Below are positions 1 through 12,769 of a DNA stretch of 64,000 bases, one piece after another. The stretch is from Hypanus sabinus. Lineage: Eukaryota. Position 1 is the stretch's first letter. Every line of letters begins with the position of its first letter. A program made the position numbers and the translations under genes. Location: assembly GCF_030144855.1 (NCBI RefSeq), contig NC_082714.1:93744001-93808000 (forward strand). The letters are read 5' to 3'. The notes beneath the pieces were generated by a model. It was given only the letters and a program-made list of their open reading frames with translations, was not told where the DNA came from and made no database searches.

Positions 1-186
1 AGGCCAATTCTCTGGATGCTTTCAAGAAGCAGCTAGATAGATATCTGATGGATAGGGGAATCAAGGGATATGGGGACAAGGCAGGGACTGGGTATTGATA
101 GTGAATGATCAGCCATGATCTCAGAATGGCGGTGCAGACTCGAGAGGCCGAATGGTCTACTTCTGCACCTATTGTCTATTGTCTAT
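1..186 (+). mobile_element. 3' end of young CR1-type LINE with (ATTGTCT)n tail
   Basis: Near-identical to 31870-32063 and 33770-33957; encodes the ...NSLDAFKKQLDRYLMDRGIKGYG C-terminus; ends in ATTGTCT repeats. Confidence 0.9.
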
Positions 187-1559
187 AAGACAGAGGAGCA
201 GAGTCAGGCCATTCTGTCCATCAGTTCAGCTCCACCATTCCGTCATTGTCGATTTATAATCACGCTCACCCCGTTCTCCTGTAACCTGTGAAGCCCTCAC
301 TAAACAAAAACCTATCAATCTCTGCTCTAAATGTACTCAAAGACTTAGCTTACGCAGATTCACCAGCCTCTGGCTAAAGTAATTGCTCATCATCTCTGTT
401 CAAAATTGGACATTCATCTATTCTGCGTCTGTGCCTCTATTCCTGGAATCCCTCGTTATAGGAAACGTACTCTTTATCAACACTTTACTTCGGCCTTTCA
501 ATATTAGATAGCTTTCAACGAGAATTCACCCCCTTCTCACTCTTATTATTCTAAGCTGCAGCGAGTGCAGGCCCATAGCTATCAAACACTCCTCATAGTT
601 TAATCTTTCGAACCCGGGCACATTCTCGTAAACGTCCTCTGCTCGTTCTCCAATGCCAGCACATCTTTTCTTAGTTAAGGAAAAATATTCAGTAATGCAA
701 AGTAATTCCACAGCTTCTTTTCGGCACCAGAGTCATCTGAAAGCAGGATTCCCTGCTGATTCCATTCCTCCTTTCATGTCCACTGTGGGCGACTGACGAA
801 CAAGAGAGACGTCCATTTAGGACAGAAGGAGGAGTAATTTCTTCAGCCAGAGTGTGGTAAATATGCGGAATTAATTGCCACAGACTCCTTCAGAGGCCAA
901 GCAATTCCATATATTTAAAGCGGAGGTTGATTCTTGATTCGGGTGGGAGTCACAGAAAACAGGAAAATGTGGTTGAAAAAAGATGGAAAGGCGGAGCGGT
1001 CTCTTTCCTATGTCTTATGGGCAAATAGCGCTCTAAGTGCAGCAACCTCATTAAGCATAGCGAGATTTCACAGAGGCACCTCCGAGGTGCTGATTGGTGG
1101 ACAAGTGTAGAGAAGTCGTGCGAGAGGATATTCTGACCCGCCGTTATTACTGGCTAAGGCCCCCCAGCCCGCTTAATGAACAGGCAGTTGAATTGGGGTT
1201 TCAGGTGCCATCTTCCCGGCAGTGGTGTAACCCAACAGCTGCCCTTGGTGCTGGCTTAGTGACAGCGGAGTGCCTAGAAGGGCCTTCGGAACACCGTCTG
1301 ACAGCACGGCTATCCCTCATCACACCCCTTTCTTCAAGTCAGTCGCCCCTCTAGCAGTGTGTGGCGCTGTGCTTATTTATCTTCACTCGGAGAGGACGGT
1401 GCCCCCGTCCCCCTCTCTCAGCAGCAAATGAAACAATTTCTCAACAATAGTGCAGAGATGGCTCGGTACTCATTTGGCCCCCTGAGGGTCATACACTGCC
1501 ACATTTACTGACGGGCTTCCTCTCCCAAAACGACCCCTAACCTCTCCAGTGGCAAAATA

Positions 1560-1827
1560 ACCTTACACTACGGATATCCCATTCCGAGCATTGCGGTGCC
1601 TGCTCCAAACTTCAACACGTCTCTCAACATCTATTTCTGCAGCTTGGAATGTACCAGTTCTTTTTCCCTGACTTGTTGGGAATGTGTTAAGTTCATGGGG
1701 TCAAGCGAACATCAGCGGTATCCCATGTGTACTGAGGCGACAGTCTAGATGAAACATGGTTAGCAGATTTACTCCCGATTCATCTCGCTGTCTCCCCCGC
1801 CCCTCCCTTTCTTTCACTCGTCGCCTT
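1560..1827 (-). pseudogene. Possible highly degenerate Ig V(J)-like exon, paralogue of 38200-38445
   Basis: Pyrimidine tract plus AG acceptor (ttttcatttcctgcaatcaaccttctttcag) conserved with the 38.4 kb copy; fragments GIPLMF and KFGAGT in different frames; no continuous frame. Confidence 0.25.
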
Positions 1828-4399
1828 CTGAAAGAAGGTTGATTGCAGGAAATGAAAAGGCGCGGCTCCTTGTTTTTCTCGGAGCTGACGGTGAAGGAGG
1901 CAGTTGCTTGATGGGGCAATGTCTCTCCTCCATCCCAGCCGGCGCACTCTGTAAGGTTGACTGCCGCGGCTTCAGGTGACAAAAAGCTCCTCCATAAAAT
2001 TCCGGTCGCCATAATTTTAAATCGTCTCTCCACTCTGTCTGAATCAATGCCCGATTCTACGACACCCTGTTACCATATCGGCAAGTCTCTCCTTCCTATG
2101 TAAGGGGCAGGGTCCTCCTTTACCTAAACCCTGACACTTGGCAGATGGACAACGAACGACTACAATCCCTCAGTCGGTTGCCGAACAAGTTATTGAAGAA
2201 TGACCCGAAGCAATATATAAAGGAGCTGGAGGAACTCAGCTATTCAGGCAGTATCCGTGGAGGGAAGTGGACAGTGGATATTTCGTGTTGTAACCCTTTA
2301 TCTGTGCTTCCAATGAAGATATGTTGTCCCCGAAATATACTGCCCCCAGTTTTCCCACATGAACACGATAGTATTGAACTTAATAAAGTTATTATTCAAA
2401 TATTAGTATTCCTATTGGTTTATTATTTTCATAAGCACCAAGATATAGTGATAAGCTTGTCTTGCGTACTGTGTAAATTATTACATAATACATTAAGTTG
2501 GCATAACGTAAAACAATAACAGTGTAGAATACAGTGTAACAGTTGCAGAGACCTGCAGGTCTGGTAAACAATGAAGTGCAAATCAGAACGATGTAGAATC
2601 CGAATTCAGGAGTGCATCCATACCAGTGACTCATAACTGTGGATAAAAGCTGCCCTTGGGCCTGGTGGTACGAGATTTCGTGTCTTTTGTATCTTCTGCC
2701 TGTTGGGAAAGCTAAGAAGAGAGAATGGTCAGGTTGAGTTTCGGTCTCTGATTATGATTTACTGAGGCTGGTTTCCGTGGTATGCTAAGCTGTGTCCTCA
2801 ATTCACTGCAGTTTCTTATGGCTATGGTTATGCAGTTCGTTGTAGACCCGTTTCGACGGTAGGTCAATTACAATGAGTGGATGTTGTCTGGTAAGCAAGA
2901 GTAGATCATGATCAGCTTATAGAATACCTTCCTGATGTCAGATGTCGAACGCACAGTGCGGTAGCCTTTAAAACACGTCAGTTTGTCTTTGTTAAGTACT
3001 GGATCGTGGTCAACTTAAAGCAAGCGACAAGTATAGCTTGATGTATGTGGACGTTAAGTTTCCCTGTCAGTTGATCCGCACAGAATCTAATGCCATGGTC
3101 AAGGACACAATCAAGCCATGAACTAGAAAGTGGTTAATAGATGCTGCACAGTCTTGAGGAGAGTTTGTGTAGACTAGGACTATCTCTGGAAAGTTAGAGA
3201 TTGAAGAGTGACCTGGTAGAGGCATCTAAGCTCAGGAGGGGCATCAACAAGGCGAAAGCGTATCGACTTTTTTTTCACAGAACGCATTCCAGGGAAAACA
3301 AGGCGGAGGTTTAATAACAGATGCGAGAGATTTAAAACGAAAATCAAGAGCAGCTATTTTACACAAGCGGTGGTGCGTATTTGGAAGAAGCAGCCAGAAA
3401 TAGTGATCGAGATGCGTACATTAAGAGAATTTAAAAGCCATCTATCAAAGCAAGATAGGAGAGGTTTAGCTGTCTATGCGTCAAACGCGGAAAGATGGGA
3501 CGAGCTCGTTGGCAACACAGTGGACATGGAGGTGTTGGGCCTGTTTCCGCGCTGTATGACATCACAATGGTTTCTGAAAAAGACTCGGAAATTGGTTGTG
3601 GAAACCGTTCCAGTTTCAAAACAGGGTACAAAGGAGATTCGTGCAGGAGGTTGTTGTGATCAGGAACTAAAGACCAAACGCTCTTGAAGATGTTCAATAA
3701 GCAGTACATTGCACAATACAGCACAGGAACATGCCCTTCGGCCCACGATGTATTCGGCGAACACAGTGGCAAATTAAACTAATTCTCGACTGCCTGAACG
3801 TGATTCATATACTGTCATTTTCATGTTTTTGGCGAACAGACTCTTAAACGCCGCTGTCATAAACACTAAAGGTTCTGCAGATGCAGGAAATCCAAAGGAC
3901 CAGACTCAAAATGCTGGACGAAGTCAGGAGGCCAGGCACCATTTGTAGAGAGAAATAATTAAACGTTGACTGATTATTCTCCTCCATAGATGCTGCACGA
4001 CATTCTGAGATCCTCCAGCATTTGTGTGTGTATTATTCATAAACGCCAGTATCGTATCTCCATTATCTCCTTCGACAGCCCGTACAAGGCACATATCACT
4101 CTCTGTGTAAACAACCTATTCTACATATTTCATTTAAACTTGCTCCATCTCATCTTAAATCCACTAGCATTAGGCGTTGCCACCTTGCGTTCTATTGCGT
4201 CTCGGCCTCTCACTATGTTTCAAGTTTTAAGCGGGTCGTCACACACCCTCAGACTCTCCTGAGAAAATAAATAAAATATCCACCCTCTCCATATGGATCA
4301 TGTTGTCTAATCCAGGCAGAATCCTGGCAGCCTTCCCAAGGTCTCCGCATCCTTCCTGTAATATTGTTCCCAGAACTGCACACAATATATAACCATATA

Positions 4400-5030
4400 A
4401 CCATATAACAATCACAGCACGGAAACAGGCCATCTCGGCCCTCCTAGTCCGTGCCAAACTCTTAATCTCACCTAGTCCCACCTAACCGCACTTAGCCCAT
4501 AACCCTCCACTCCTTTCCTGTCCATATACCTATCCAATTTTACCTTAAATGACACAACTGCACTGGCCTCTACTACTTCTACAGGAAGCTCATTCCACAC
4601 AGCTATCACTCTCTGAGTAAAGAAATACCCCCTCGTGTTTCCCTTAAACTTCTGCCCCCTAACTCTCAGATCATGTACTCACGTTTGAATCTCCCCTACC
4701 CTCAATGGAAACAGCCTATTCACGTCAACTCTATCTATCCCTCTCAAAATTTTAAATACCTCGATCAAATCCCCCCTCAACCTTCTACGCTCCAATGAAT
4801 AGAGACCTAACTTGTTCAACCTTTCCCTGTAACTTAAGTGCTGAAACCCAGGTAACATCCTAGTAAATCGTCTCTGCACTCTCTCTAATTTATTGATATC
4901 TTTCCTATAATTCGGTGACCAGAACTGCACACAATATTCTAAATTTGGCCTTACCAATGACTTGTACAATTTTAACATTACATTATATTCCAGGACTTCA
5001 AACAATAGATTAAAGGGCTTAACCAAACTT
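4400..5030 (-). mobile_element. CR1-type LINE 3' fragment
   Basis: ORF 4679-5026 reads LKLYKSLVRPNLEYCVQFWSP...LERVQRRFTRMLPG, the conserved CR1 ORF2 C-terminus. Confidence 0.85.
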
Positions 5031-7008
5031 TAATACAGCTGCAACATGTCACCCCAACTCATATTCTCAATGCTCCGACCAATAAAGGGAAGAATTTCAT
5101 ATGCATTATTTACTACCTTATGTATAAGTGTGGCTACTTTCAAAGAGGTAAGGACTTCGAACTCAAGATCCCTCTGTACAGTTAAGATTTTAGGTGTCCT
5201 AACGTAAGCGGTATAGTTTCCCCTTATATTAGACCACTTCCCTACATGGAGTGTAAAACCACACACATTTATTCGGAAAAAAAAATCAATAAATCCCCAA
5301 CACAAGAGATTCTGCAGATGCTGGAAACAGACTCATAAAATGATGGAAGAATTCAGCAGACACACACCAACTGCTGGTGGGACACAGCAGGCCAGGCACA
5401 TCCATGGAAAAGAGTACGGTCGACGTTTCGTGCCGAGACCCTTCAGCAGGGTTCTGCATATGTCTCTATGTGTTCATATGATGAGCTTTTCGACCAAATT
5501 AACAGATCCAATTTGTGCAATCATACACTCAATATAATTGGATTATAATTGTACCGATGAAAAAAAATATCATTTTCTGTGTCTCATTTATACAGATCAT
5601 TTTATCACATCAGTACAATTCTTAATGATCGCAGGCTACACCCTCCGTTCCTTCCCTCCTTGAACTCTCATCAACACTTCACACCTTCCTCTTACCCTTG
5701 TACCAAGCTTTTGTTTAAATTCAATTTTTATGTAAATGTCCAGAAGGAACCCTAAGGCGAAGGGAGAAGCGGTTCACATTGTGCCGTCTGCAGGCGAAAA
5801 GTTAAACTGACAGGCGTCGATCCATTGCCACAACACTGAAAACAAGAGAAACAAACCCATCAAGAACAGTGACCACAACATAGCCAATTAGTGGAAGCTT
5901 TCAGTGTACATATTGGTCGGTGCCTTTTCAACGTTACAACATTGATTACAAAAACACTCTGTTGTGTTGGGAAAGGCGCGCAGGAGGCGTGGAACATGTT
6001 GGAAGAGTGAGTTCGTCATTGATAAAACTCGTTGGGAAGGGAGTTCATAAGCTCCCTTCGAATGGCCTTTGCTGACTTTCCTTCCTCATTGATTCACGAT
6101 TCCGACCATAAGAAACAGGAACAGGATTAGGCCATTCGGCCCTGAAACTTACGCCATTCCATCATGGCTAAAGTATTTTACCTCTCAAACCCATTTTTCT
6201 GCCTTCTCACTTTAACCTCTGAAATCTTTCCGAGTCAACAACCCATAAATCTTCTCTTTAAGTGTACCCAATGTCTCGGTCTCTACAGTTGACTGCGGCA
6301 ATGGATTCCAAAGATTCACCACCCTCTGGCTAAAGAAATTCCGCCTCATTTCTGCTCTAATGGGACATCGCTCTATTCTGAGACTGCGAACTCTGGTCGC
6401 AGCCTACCCCATTCTGAGAAGCATCCTCTCTATTTAGACCTTACAATACTCGACAGGTTTCCATGAGATTCCCCCACCCTGATTTGTCTAAACTCCAGCG
6501 AGAATACAGGCCCATATCTATCATCGCTCGTAAGACATTAACTCATTCATTCGTGGAATCATTCTCGTGAACCTCCTCCGGGCCACCTCCAACCCCTGCA
6601 CATTGTTTCGTAGACATGGTTGCTCAGATCTTCTCACAGCACTCCAGGTGATGTTTGACCAATGCGTTACAAAGCCTCAATATTGCATCCTTGCTTTTAT
6701 ATTTTAATTGATGGCCACTATCTTCGGCATCCGCAGCCTCTCGCCTGGTTCCAACATAAGCATCGGCACCCGGAAACATCTGCACACCAACCCTATTGAA
6801 CACTTTGAACATTAAAATTAACCCCGATGAGTTCGCTGCCAACACAATCCACTCATTTTACTTCACTGGAGAAAAAATTTCTGATATCATTAGGACTGCC
6901 GATAAATTTAATCGGACTTCTGCCCACAGTATAACACCCTAGGTTCAGCACTGCGTAAAATACTCGAAGTGTGATCTGACCAACGCTAGCAGCCGTGTAT
7001 TTTTATGT

Positions 7009-7223
7009 GTTTGCAAACCACCATCTATGCGTACCTGGCTCCGAGTAAACAGGAAACTCGCAGCGCGCCACTGCCTGCTTCCAATGCAACCAAACATTTA
7101 TTAATAGGCTTTGCGTTTGATTTTCATCAATAAGCAGGATCTCGCCCCTCCCTTGCATCGACTTTACAAGGTGATGATTACGCGACTGCGATTAACACCC
7201 AGAGTTTAACTCGGCCACAAACA
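7009..7223 (+). promoter_or_regulatory. Conserved upstream block of leader exon, copy A
   Basis: GTTTGCAAAC (7009-7018), GTAAACAGGAAA (7045-7056) and a CCAAT are retained at the equivalent position upstream of the intact gene (41500-41720). Confidence 0.45.
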
Positions 7224-7266
7224 ATGAGATGCTTGGCGGTCTTTCAGCTCTCTCACCTACTGCAAG
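7224..7266 (+). pseudogene. Leader exon of VJ-C1-type receptor paralogue; splice donor lost
   Basis: ATG AGA TGC...CAA G = MRCLAVFQLSHLLQ, 43 nt, same length as 41721-41763; followed by TTTTGC rather than GTGAGC. Confidence 0.75.
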
Positions 7267-7634
7267 TTTTGCGACACCAATGTCTTGCGGAAAAGTGTTT
7301 GGGCAGCTAAATCAGAAGGGATAAAAAATTTTGGTGCAATAAATAAGTAGTTTCTAATACCAGAGATCATACACTTCAAGGTGAAAGCGGCTAATTTCAA
7401 AGGAGATATGAAGTGTAGGTTTTTACACAGATAGTGGATGGAGCCGGTAATCTGCTGGGGTGGTGATAGAGTGAGAAACATTTGGGACTTTTAAGAGCTG
7501 TTTAGTTAGGCCGATGGATATGAGGAGAATGGCGTCAGGAATGTAGTCAGGAGTGATTAGACTGGTAGTTAATTATTAATGTAATTTGTTAAGCACAACA
7601 TTGTGGGCTGAAGGGCCTGTTACTGTGCAACAGT

Positions 7635-8396
7635 TGTCACGTACACGTAACACTGTAAAAATATCAGCAGCAATAGAACACATCTTAAGACTGGTTTTGC
7701 TGCTAACAAAACTCTATTTCATTAGTAACTACGCAATATAGTAACTTAAACCAGGTAAATCAAGAGTTAACGCACATATTTGCGTAAATATTCAAGTTCC
7801 CGAACTTATTCAAAATAGATGGCAAGTGATAAAATCTTATGGTGGAATGCAAGAAAATTCTGTTCAGTTCACAGGTTAATTAATGTGAGATATTTGTAAT
7901 CCAAAGGGAAATGTTGTGAGAAGGCAATTAAATCGATATTCCACAGATTCCACGACATGAATACAAAATAACAACAGCAGTAGGGATTATCTCCGATGTT
8001 GTTCCAATCCAAACACGAAGTATTACCGACAGTAATCTTCACCGAATTCAGCTATGGGAAATCTCAAGGGGGTGGCCACAGGATACTCAAACAGAATCAA
8101 GGAATGGATTATCAATAACGGTAACTTATCACAAACGGGACCATCTTCAAAGGAACCACCACCCAAGCAAGGGTCGACACACCGGTAGATTCCACAAGGT
8201 TACTCCAAACACACAACACGTGATAGACACTTACCCAGTTCCACAACATACGAAATAACACTAACACTGATTTGCCACAGGGGTGTCTTCTTCAGTGACC
8301 TACCACACACAGACAAAAGGGTAAACACATACGTGGTATTCAGAAAAGGCTTTCCAATCACCAGAGAACCCACCACTGTCGATTACCTATGTGACA
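7635..8396. mobile_element. Solo LTR-like insertion
   Basis: Termini TGTCACGTA...TATGTGACA (inverted); interrupts the leader-V intron; no clear TSD. Confidence 0.55.
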
Positions 8397-8498
8397 ATCA
8401 CACTTTTGTATTCGAATGAAAACAACCTCACCCTTAAAGGCGACTTAGAGAGAGAAAGTCCAAAGACTATCCTGATGAATCTTTCTTGTCATTCGCAG

Positions 8499-8730
8499 TT
8501 GTTAGCCCTTAAGTCTTTTGCACCCAAACGCCGTCTGCGTAGGTTCTTTCTGATGAAAATACCTTTGAGGTACATTGCCTGTTGTACATGTCCTATCAGA
8601 GGCGTCAACAGAGCTTTACCAAAAGGGATTTCTGGCACGTCAGCGGCAGTTATTAAAAAAGGGAGCTTCGAGAGCGTTTGCCCATTGTACTTGGCCTATC
8701 AGAGGGTACAACCGGAGCACCAGTCATTGA
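8499..8730 (+). pseudogene. Degenerate Ig V exon (paralogue of 42457-42783), 3' end lost
   Basis: Phase-1 acceptor ctttcttgtcattcgcag; VSP*VFCTQTPSA*VLSDENTFEVHC has identical acceptor-to-Gln and Gln-to-Cys spacing to the intact V, with stops at Gln positions; then YQK and LYLAYQRVQPEH (E/F-strand like) in shifted frames. Confidence 0.55.
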
Positions 8731-8759
8731 ATTAGATGGCAGGGAAGCTTCATGAATAA

Positions 8760-9900
8760 AAGGGAGACACGGCCTAACAGAGCGGTCATTAAAAGAGCGG
8801 TCATCGACAGAGTGATCTGAGGCAAATAGTAGGTCTTTGGCTCATTTGGCTTCAGCGATAACAGGTCGAGGCGAGGTAGGGTAACTTTGAGGGATAGAAA
8901 CAGGAAGTATGTATGTATGCGGTGTCAGGTAGGCGATGTCCAGGAGACTCCCAGCCTCCCGGATGGCCACGTCTCCGCCAGGCGCGTCGAGATGCAGCTT
9001 CTGAGGGAACTGGAGGTACAGTTCGATGACCTTCGTCTGGTCAGGGAAAGTGAAGAAGTGACAGAAAGTAGCTCTCGGCAAGCAGTCACACTCGGGCCTT
9101 GGGAGACAGATAAGTGGGTAACAGTCAGGAGAGGGAAGGGCAAGAGTCAGATAGCATAGAGTTACCCCTGTGGCTGTTCCCATTAATAATGAGTAATCCA
9201 GATTGAGTACAGTTGGGGTAGACGGCCTATGTGTGGGAAGCAACAGTGGCCGCGACTCTGGCACTGTCTGGCCCTGTGCTCACAATGGTAGGGAAAGGAA
9301 GCAGGCAGCCGTAATAGGGGACTCTATATTTAGGGGGTCAGAAAGGCGATTCTGTGGACGCAGCAAATAAAAACACATGGTAGTTTGCCTCCCAGGTACC
9401 ATGATCTGGTCTGTCGGTGCCACGCGACAGTGAGTATAGGAATAAAGTGAGCTGGAGGATAAATGCGTGGCTGAAGGATTGGAGCAGGGGGAAGGGATTC
9501 AAAATTCTAGATCATTAGGACCTCGTTACGGGCAGGCATTGCATGTACAAATAGGACGGGTTGCACTTGAATCCGAGGGGGTCCAATATCCTGTTAGGAA
9601 TGTTTGCTCAGCATACTGTGGGGAGCTTAAACTCGAATTGCTGGGAGTTGGGAACCAGACCCTTGACACGTTTCTTGAAATGACAAGGAGAAACTCTGAG
9701 GTACGGAGATGGAAGGGAGTCCCTCAACGAACAGCGGCGAAGTGAGAGAATGGGCGAGAGGACGGAGGGTATTTGAAGCCACCATTGTCAATAGCTCCAC
9801 GGTATTGGTCTCCAATTGAAATGATGAGGACTTCCTCGGCTTAAGAAGGCACACAGTCAAATGTTTACACAATGTAAACACATTAGGCAAGAAAGACAAT
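8760..9900 (+). mobile_element. Degenerate CR1 5' region (ORF1 zinc-finger/esterase-like)
   Basis: ORF 8887-9159 (...QLLRELEVQFDDLRLVRESEEV...WVTVRRGKGK) followed by a GDS-like esterase motif; same family on - strand at 36300-36570. Confidence 0.7.
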
Positions 9901-12125
9901 GAAACCAATTTGATTACAGTCGGTCGATCAGTGCTTTCGATGCAAAAATATTAGGTTCCGGTGACGTCATCTTCCAGAGTGGCAGTTAGGTCATAGCTCC
10001 TGAGGAAAAACGCATATTTTCCCCGTTAAGCCATCAAATGCAAGATCTTTCGAAACATCTGAATTAGTAAAGGGAGTAAGAAAGGTTAAAAAACATGGAG
10101 GATAAAAAAGCGTTACTACGGAGCATATTGATAAGAGGAGTGCAGCGGGACTACGTGGTGGCGAGGCTGACGATGGGCCTCGTTCACCCGAAGCGGTAAA
10201 ATATAATCAAAATTCTGGAAGAGATACGGGACATCCAAAAATATATAAACCAGCAACTAAATGATATCACGTCAGAGCTCGTCAAAGTCAATCAAAAAAA
10301 TAACAGTGGCAGGGACACAAATTCAGAAGGCAGAAGATCGCGTGCTAAGCGTGGAACAGATACTAAGTAAGACAATAAAAATATTAAATCAACAAGAAAA
10401 TAAGCTGTTTGACCTGGAGGGAAGATCACGGTGGAAAAATATCAGGATATACAATGTTCTCGAAGGAGCGTAGGGTTTATCTATGACGGAGTTTGTACGA
10501 AAGTTGCTGCGGGACGTGCTGGAGCTTCCCTCGACTATGGAGCTTGAAATTGAGAGGGCGCATCGTGCGCTCACCCCGAGGCCTACTGGAGACAGAGAAG
10601 ATAAGCCACGCTCAGTAGTAATTAGATTCCTTCGATACAATACGAAGGCGGAAATTCTACGAAAGGCCTGGAATAAGAAGAGTGTTTTTGGACGGTAAAT
10701 TAAAATATTTCGATTAAGATAATCCTCCACTCCCGCGTTGGTCCCACGGAGACGTACACTCTGACATAAAGGGAATATTTAAGCAAAGAAAGATAAGATT
10801 TGAAACTCCATACTCTGCTAAATTGTGGGTGTTTTATGACGATGGGATCCGACTGTATCAGACAGTGGAAGAGGCGACTACAGACGTGAAGGCCAGAGGG
10901 TTGCCCGTCAGTGTGATCAAACCGAGTGAAAGCCTGCCTGAGCAGATAAATATCCCGGTATTCTTGGGAAATAGTGTGAGAATTGACAAAGCAGGGGACG
11001 GGAGGAGTGCGGGAGAAATATATATGGAAGAGACTGTGAGTTTTCCGAAGACAGCCCTCATCCCCTCCCGGAGAGTCATGAAGTTTGGCGAACTTTCAAA
11101 GTGTTCAGAAGCTAAATGGAAGCAAAAATAGACTGTGACATCCCTATCGCGAGAAATATTACTATAATATGGATTTTATATTACTCAATTATTCTTTTTT
11201 ATACATTCATTCATTTTCCCCACCTAAATGAGAATATTTAGGAATACACAGGGGTATCATTTCTGTGTAATTGATATAGATTTGTTTACCTACTTTTACG
11301 GATGCTGCAATGGGAGCCCACGAATCACAGGTAGAAGCGGCTGTCTCCCACAACAAGCCGTTTCTTCTAGCTTAACCCAGGGTCATGTACCAGAGACATC
11401 AGCCTTGGAATTACACCCTCGTTGCATTTTTTATTATTATTCACGTTTCTTGGTTCTTAATTGTTCAGTGAGTAGATCGATTAAGCTTTATTCGGTTAAT
11501 TTCAATGATATCCTGACAGATAAAAATATGTGGCTCAGAACTAAGTAAAATTCATTTCATTTAACGTCAATGGGCTGTTAAAACCAATCAAAAGTAGTAG
11601 AATTCTACCCAAAATGAAAAAAAAATGAACAAGCCCACGTAGTATATTTACAGGAAGCTCACTTAAGTGACAATGAGCATGGAAAACTAAAGAGAATAGG
11701 TTTCACTGATATATTTTTCTTCTCTTATAAATCAAGACATAGGAGACGAGTTGCTATTCTTATCTCAAAATAGCTGAATTTTAGAAACGTATTCGAAATG
11801 TGTGGGGGCGGAGGATAGACGGAAATTCAGTTACTCTATTGAATATATCACCACCCCTAGGAAGCGATACTGGTTTCTTTCAGAAAATTACTAATATTAT
11901 GGTAACGAAAGCAGAAGGTCTTCTGATATGTGGGGAAGAATTAAACTTAAATTACAACCAAAGTTAGAGTCTTCCAGTAGAAAAACCTAAGAAACAAAAT
12001 CCTTATTTAAGAAACGTAATAGACATTTTGAGGTTGTTGGTTTAATTGATATATGGAGCGACCTTTATTCCCAATAGAAGGGATTGCACTTATTTTTCTC
12101 CCCCTCCCCATCCTGTATATACAAA

Positions 12126-12748
12126 TGTAACCCTTACCCAACAGGCTGGTATATGTCTAGGGGAAAAGGAGATCCAGCCACTCACCAACCCACCTCCCGT
12201 ACACGCAGGTGCTGTGAGAATCGAGTTTTATGCCTCGCGCCCGCCAACAGTATCAAACCCACAACAAATACCGTTATGACATACACTTTAAAGAGTTTAC
12301 TAAAATTAAAAGAGTAGTACGCAATACAATATATATATATATATACAAGGAGAAAAACAAAAGGCGCCAACTTATCAAAGTTCAGTCTGTTTAGTGCACT
12401 CGTTGGAGCTCAATCAACGAACCATTCGACCCCTCGTCGCTTGCCTCCGACCTCCACGTCTTCGCCCCTAGGACCACGCCCGGGGGTCTTCCGAGCAGTG
12501 CAGCGCACGTCCACCTTCCTCGACGTCTTCCTCCCGCCAAAAAAAAACCCGCGAAGACCCCTCCCCCAAGTTCCCAGCATCACAAGACACAATAACATTC
12601 CCCATTGATTAACAAATGAATACAATTACCATATCAGCCATTCTAAAGTGAAACAAAGGCGAGAGAAACACTTATCCGACAAAGAAACATTCCTACTGGT
12701 AACAAACCAAAGGGGCCATTTTGAGTAACATACCCAGGACATTGTACA
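12126..12748 (-). repeat. Gypsy 3' LTR
   Basis: Direct repeat of 16510-17127; preceded on - strand by polypurine tract GGGGAGAGAA (12749-12758). Confidence 0.95.
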
Positions 12749-12769
12749 TTCTCTCCCCAGCAGCAAATG

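Larger units (their letters stand above)
1600..8730. repeat. Ancient segmental duplication, copy A (colinear with ~38200-42800)
   Basis: Shared blocks in the same order, e.g. ttgactgccgcggcttcagg (~1960/~38575), gggaagtggacagtgga (~2260/~38885), gcgaaaagttaaactga (~5795/~40985), tattggtcggtg (~5910/~41130), gagtttaactcgg..ac.aacaATGAGATGC (~7202/~41700). Confidence 0.85.

Noticed and set aside
1094-1354. ORF with Cys-x14-Trp spacing
   Set aside because: No other Ig strand motifs and no splice signals; more likely a repeat fragment.
1848-1857. GGAAATGAAA matching the ETS-IRF composite element
   Set aside because: It is the reverse complement of the acceptor pyrimidine tract and is not exactly conserved in the 38.4 kb copy.
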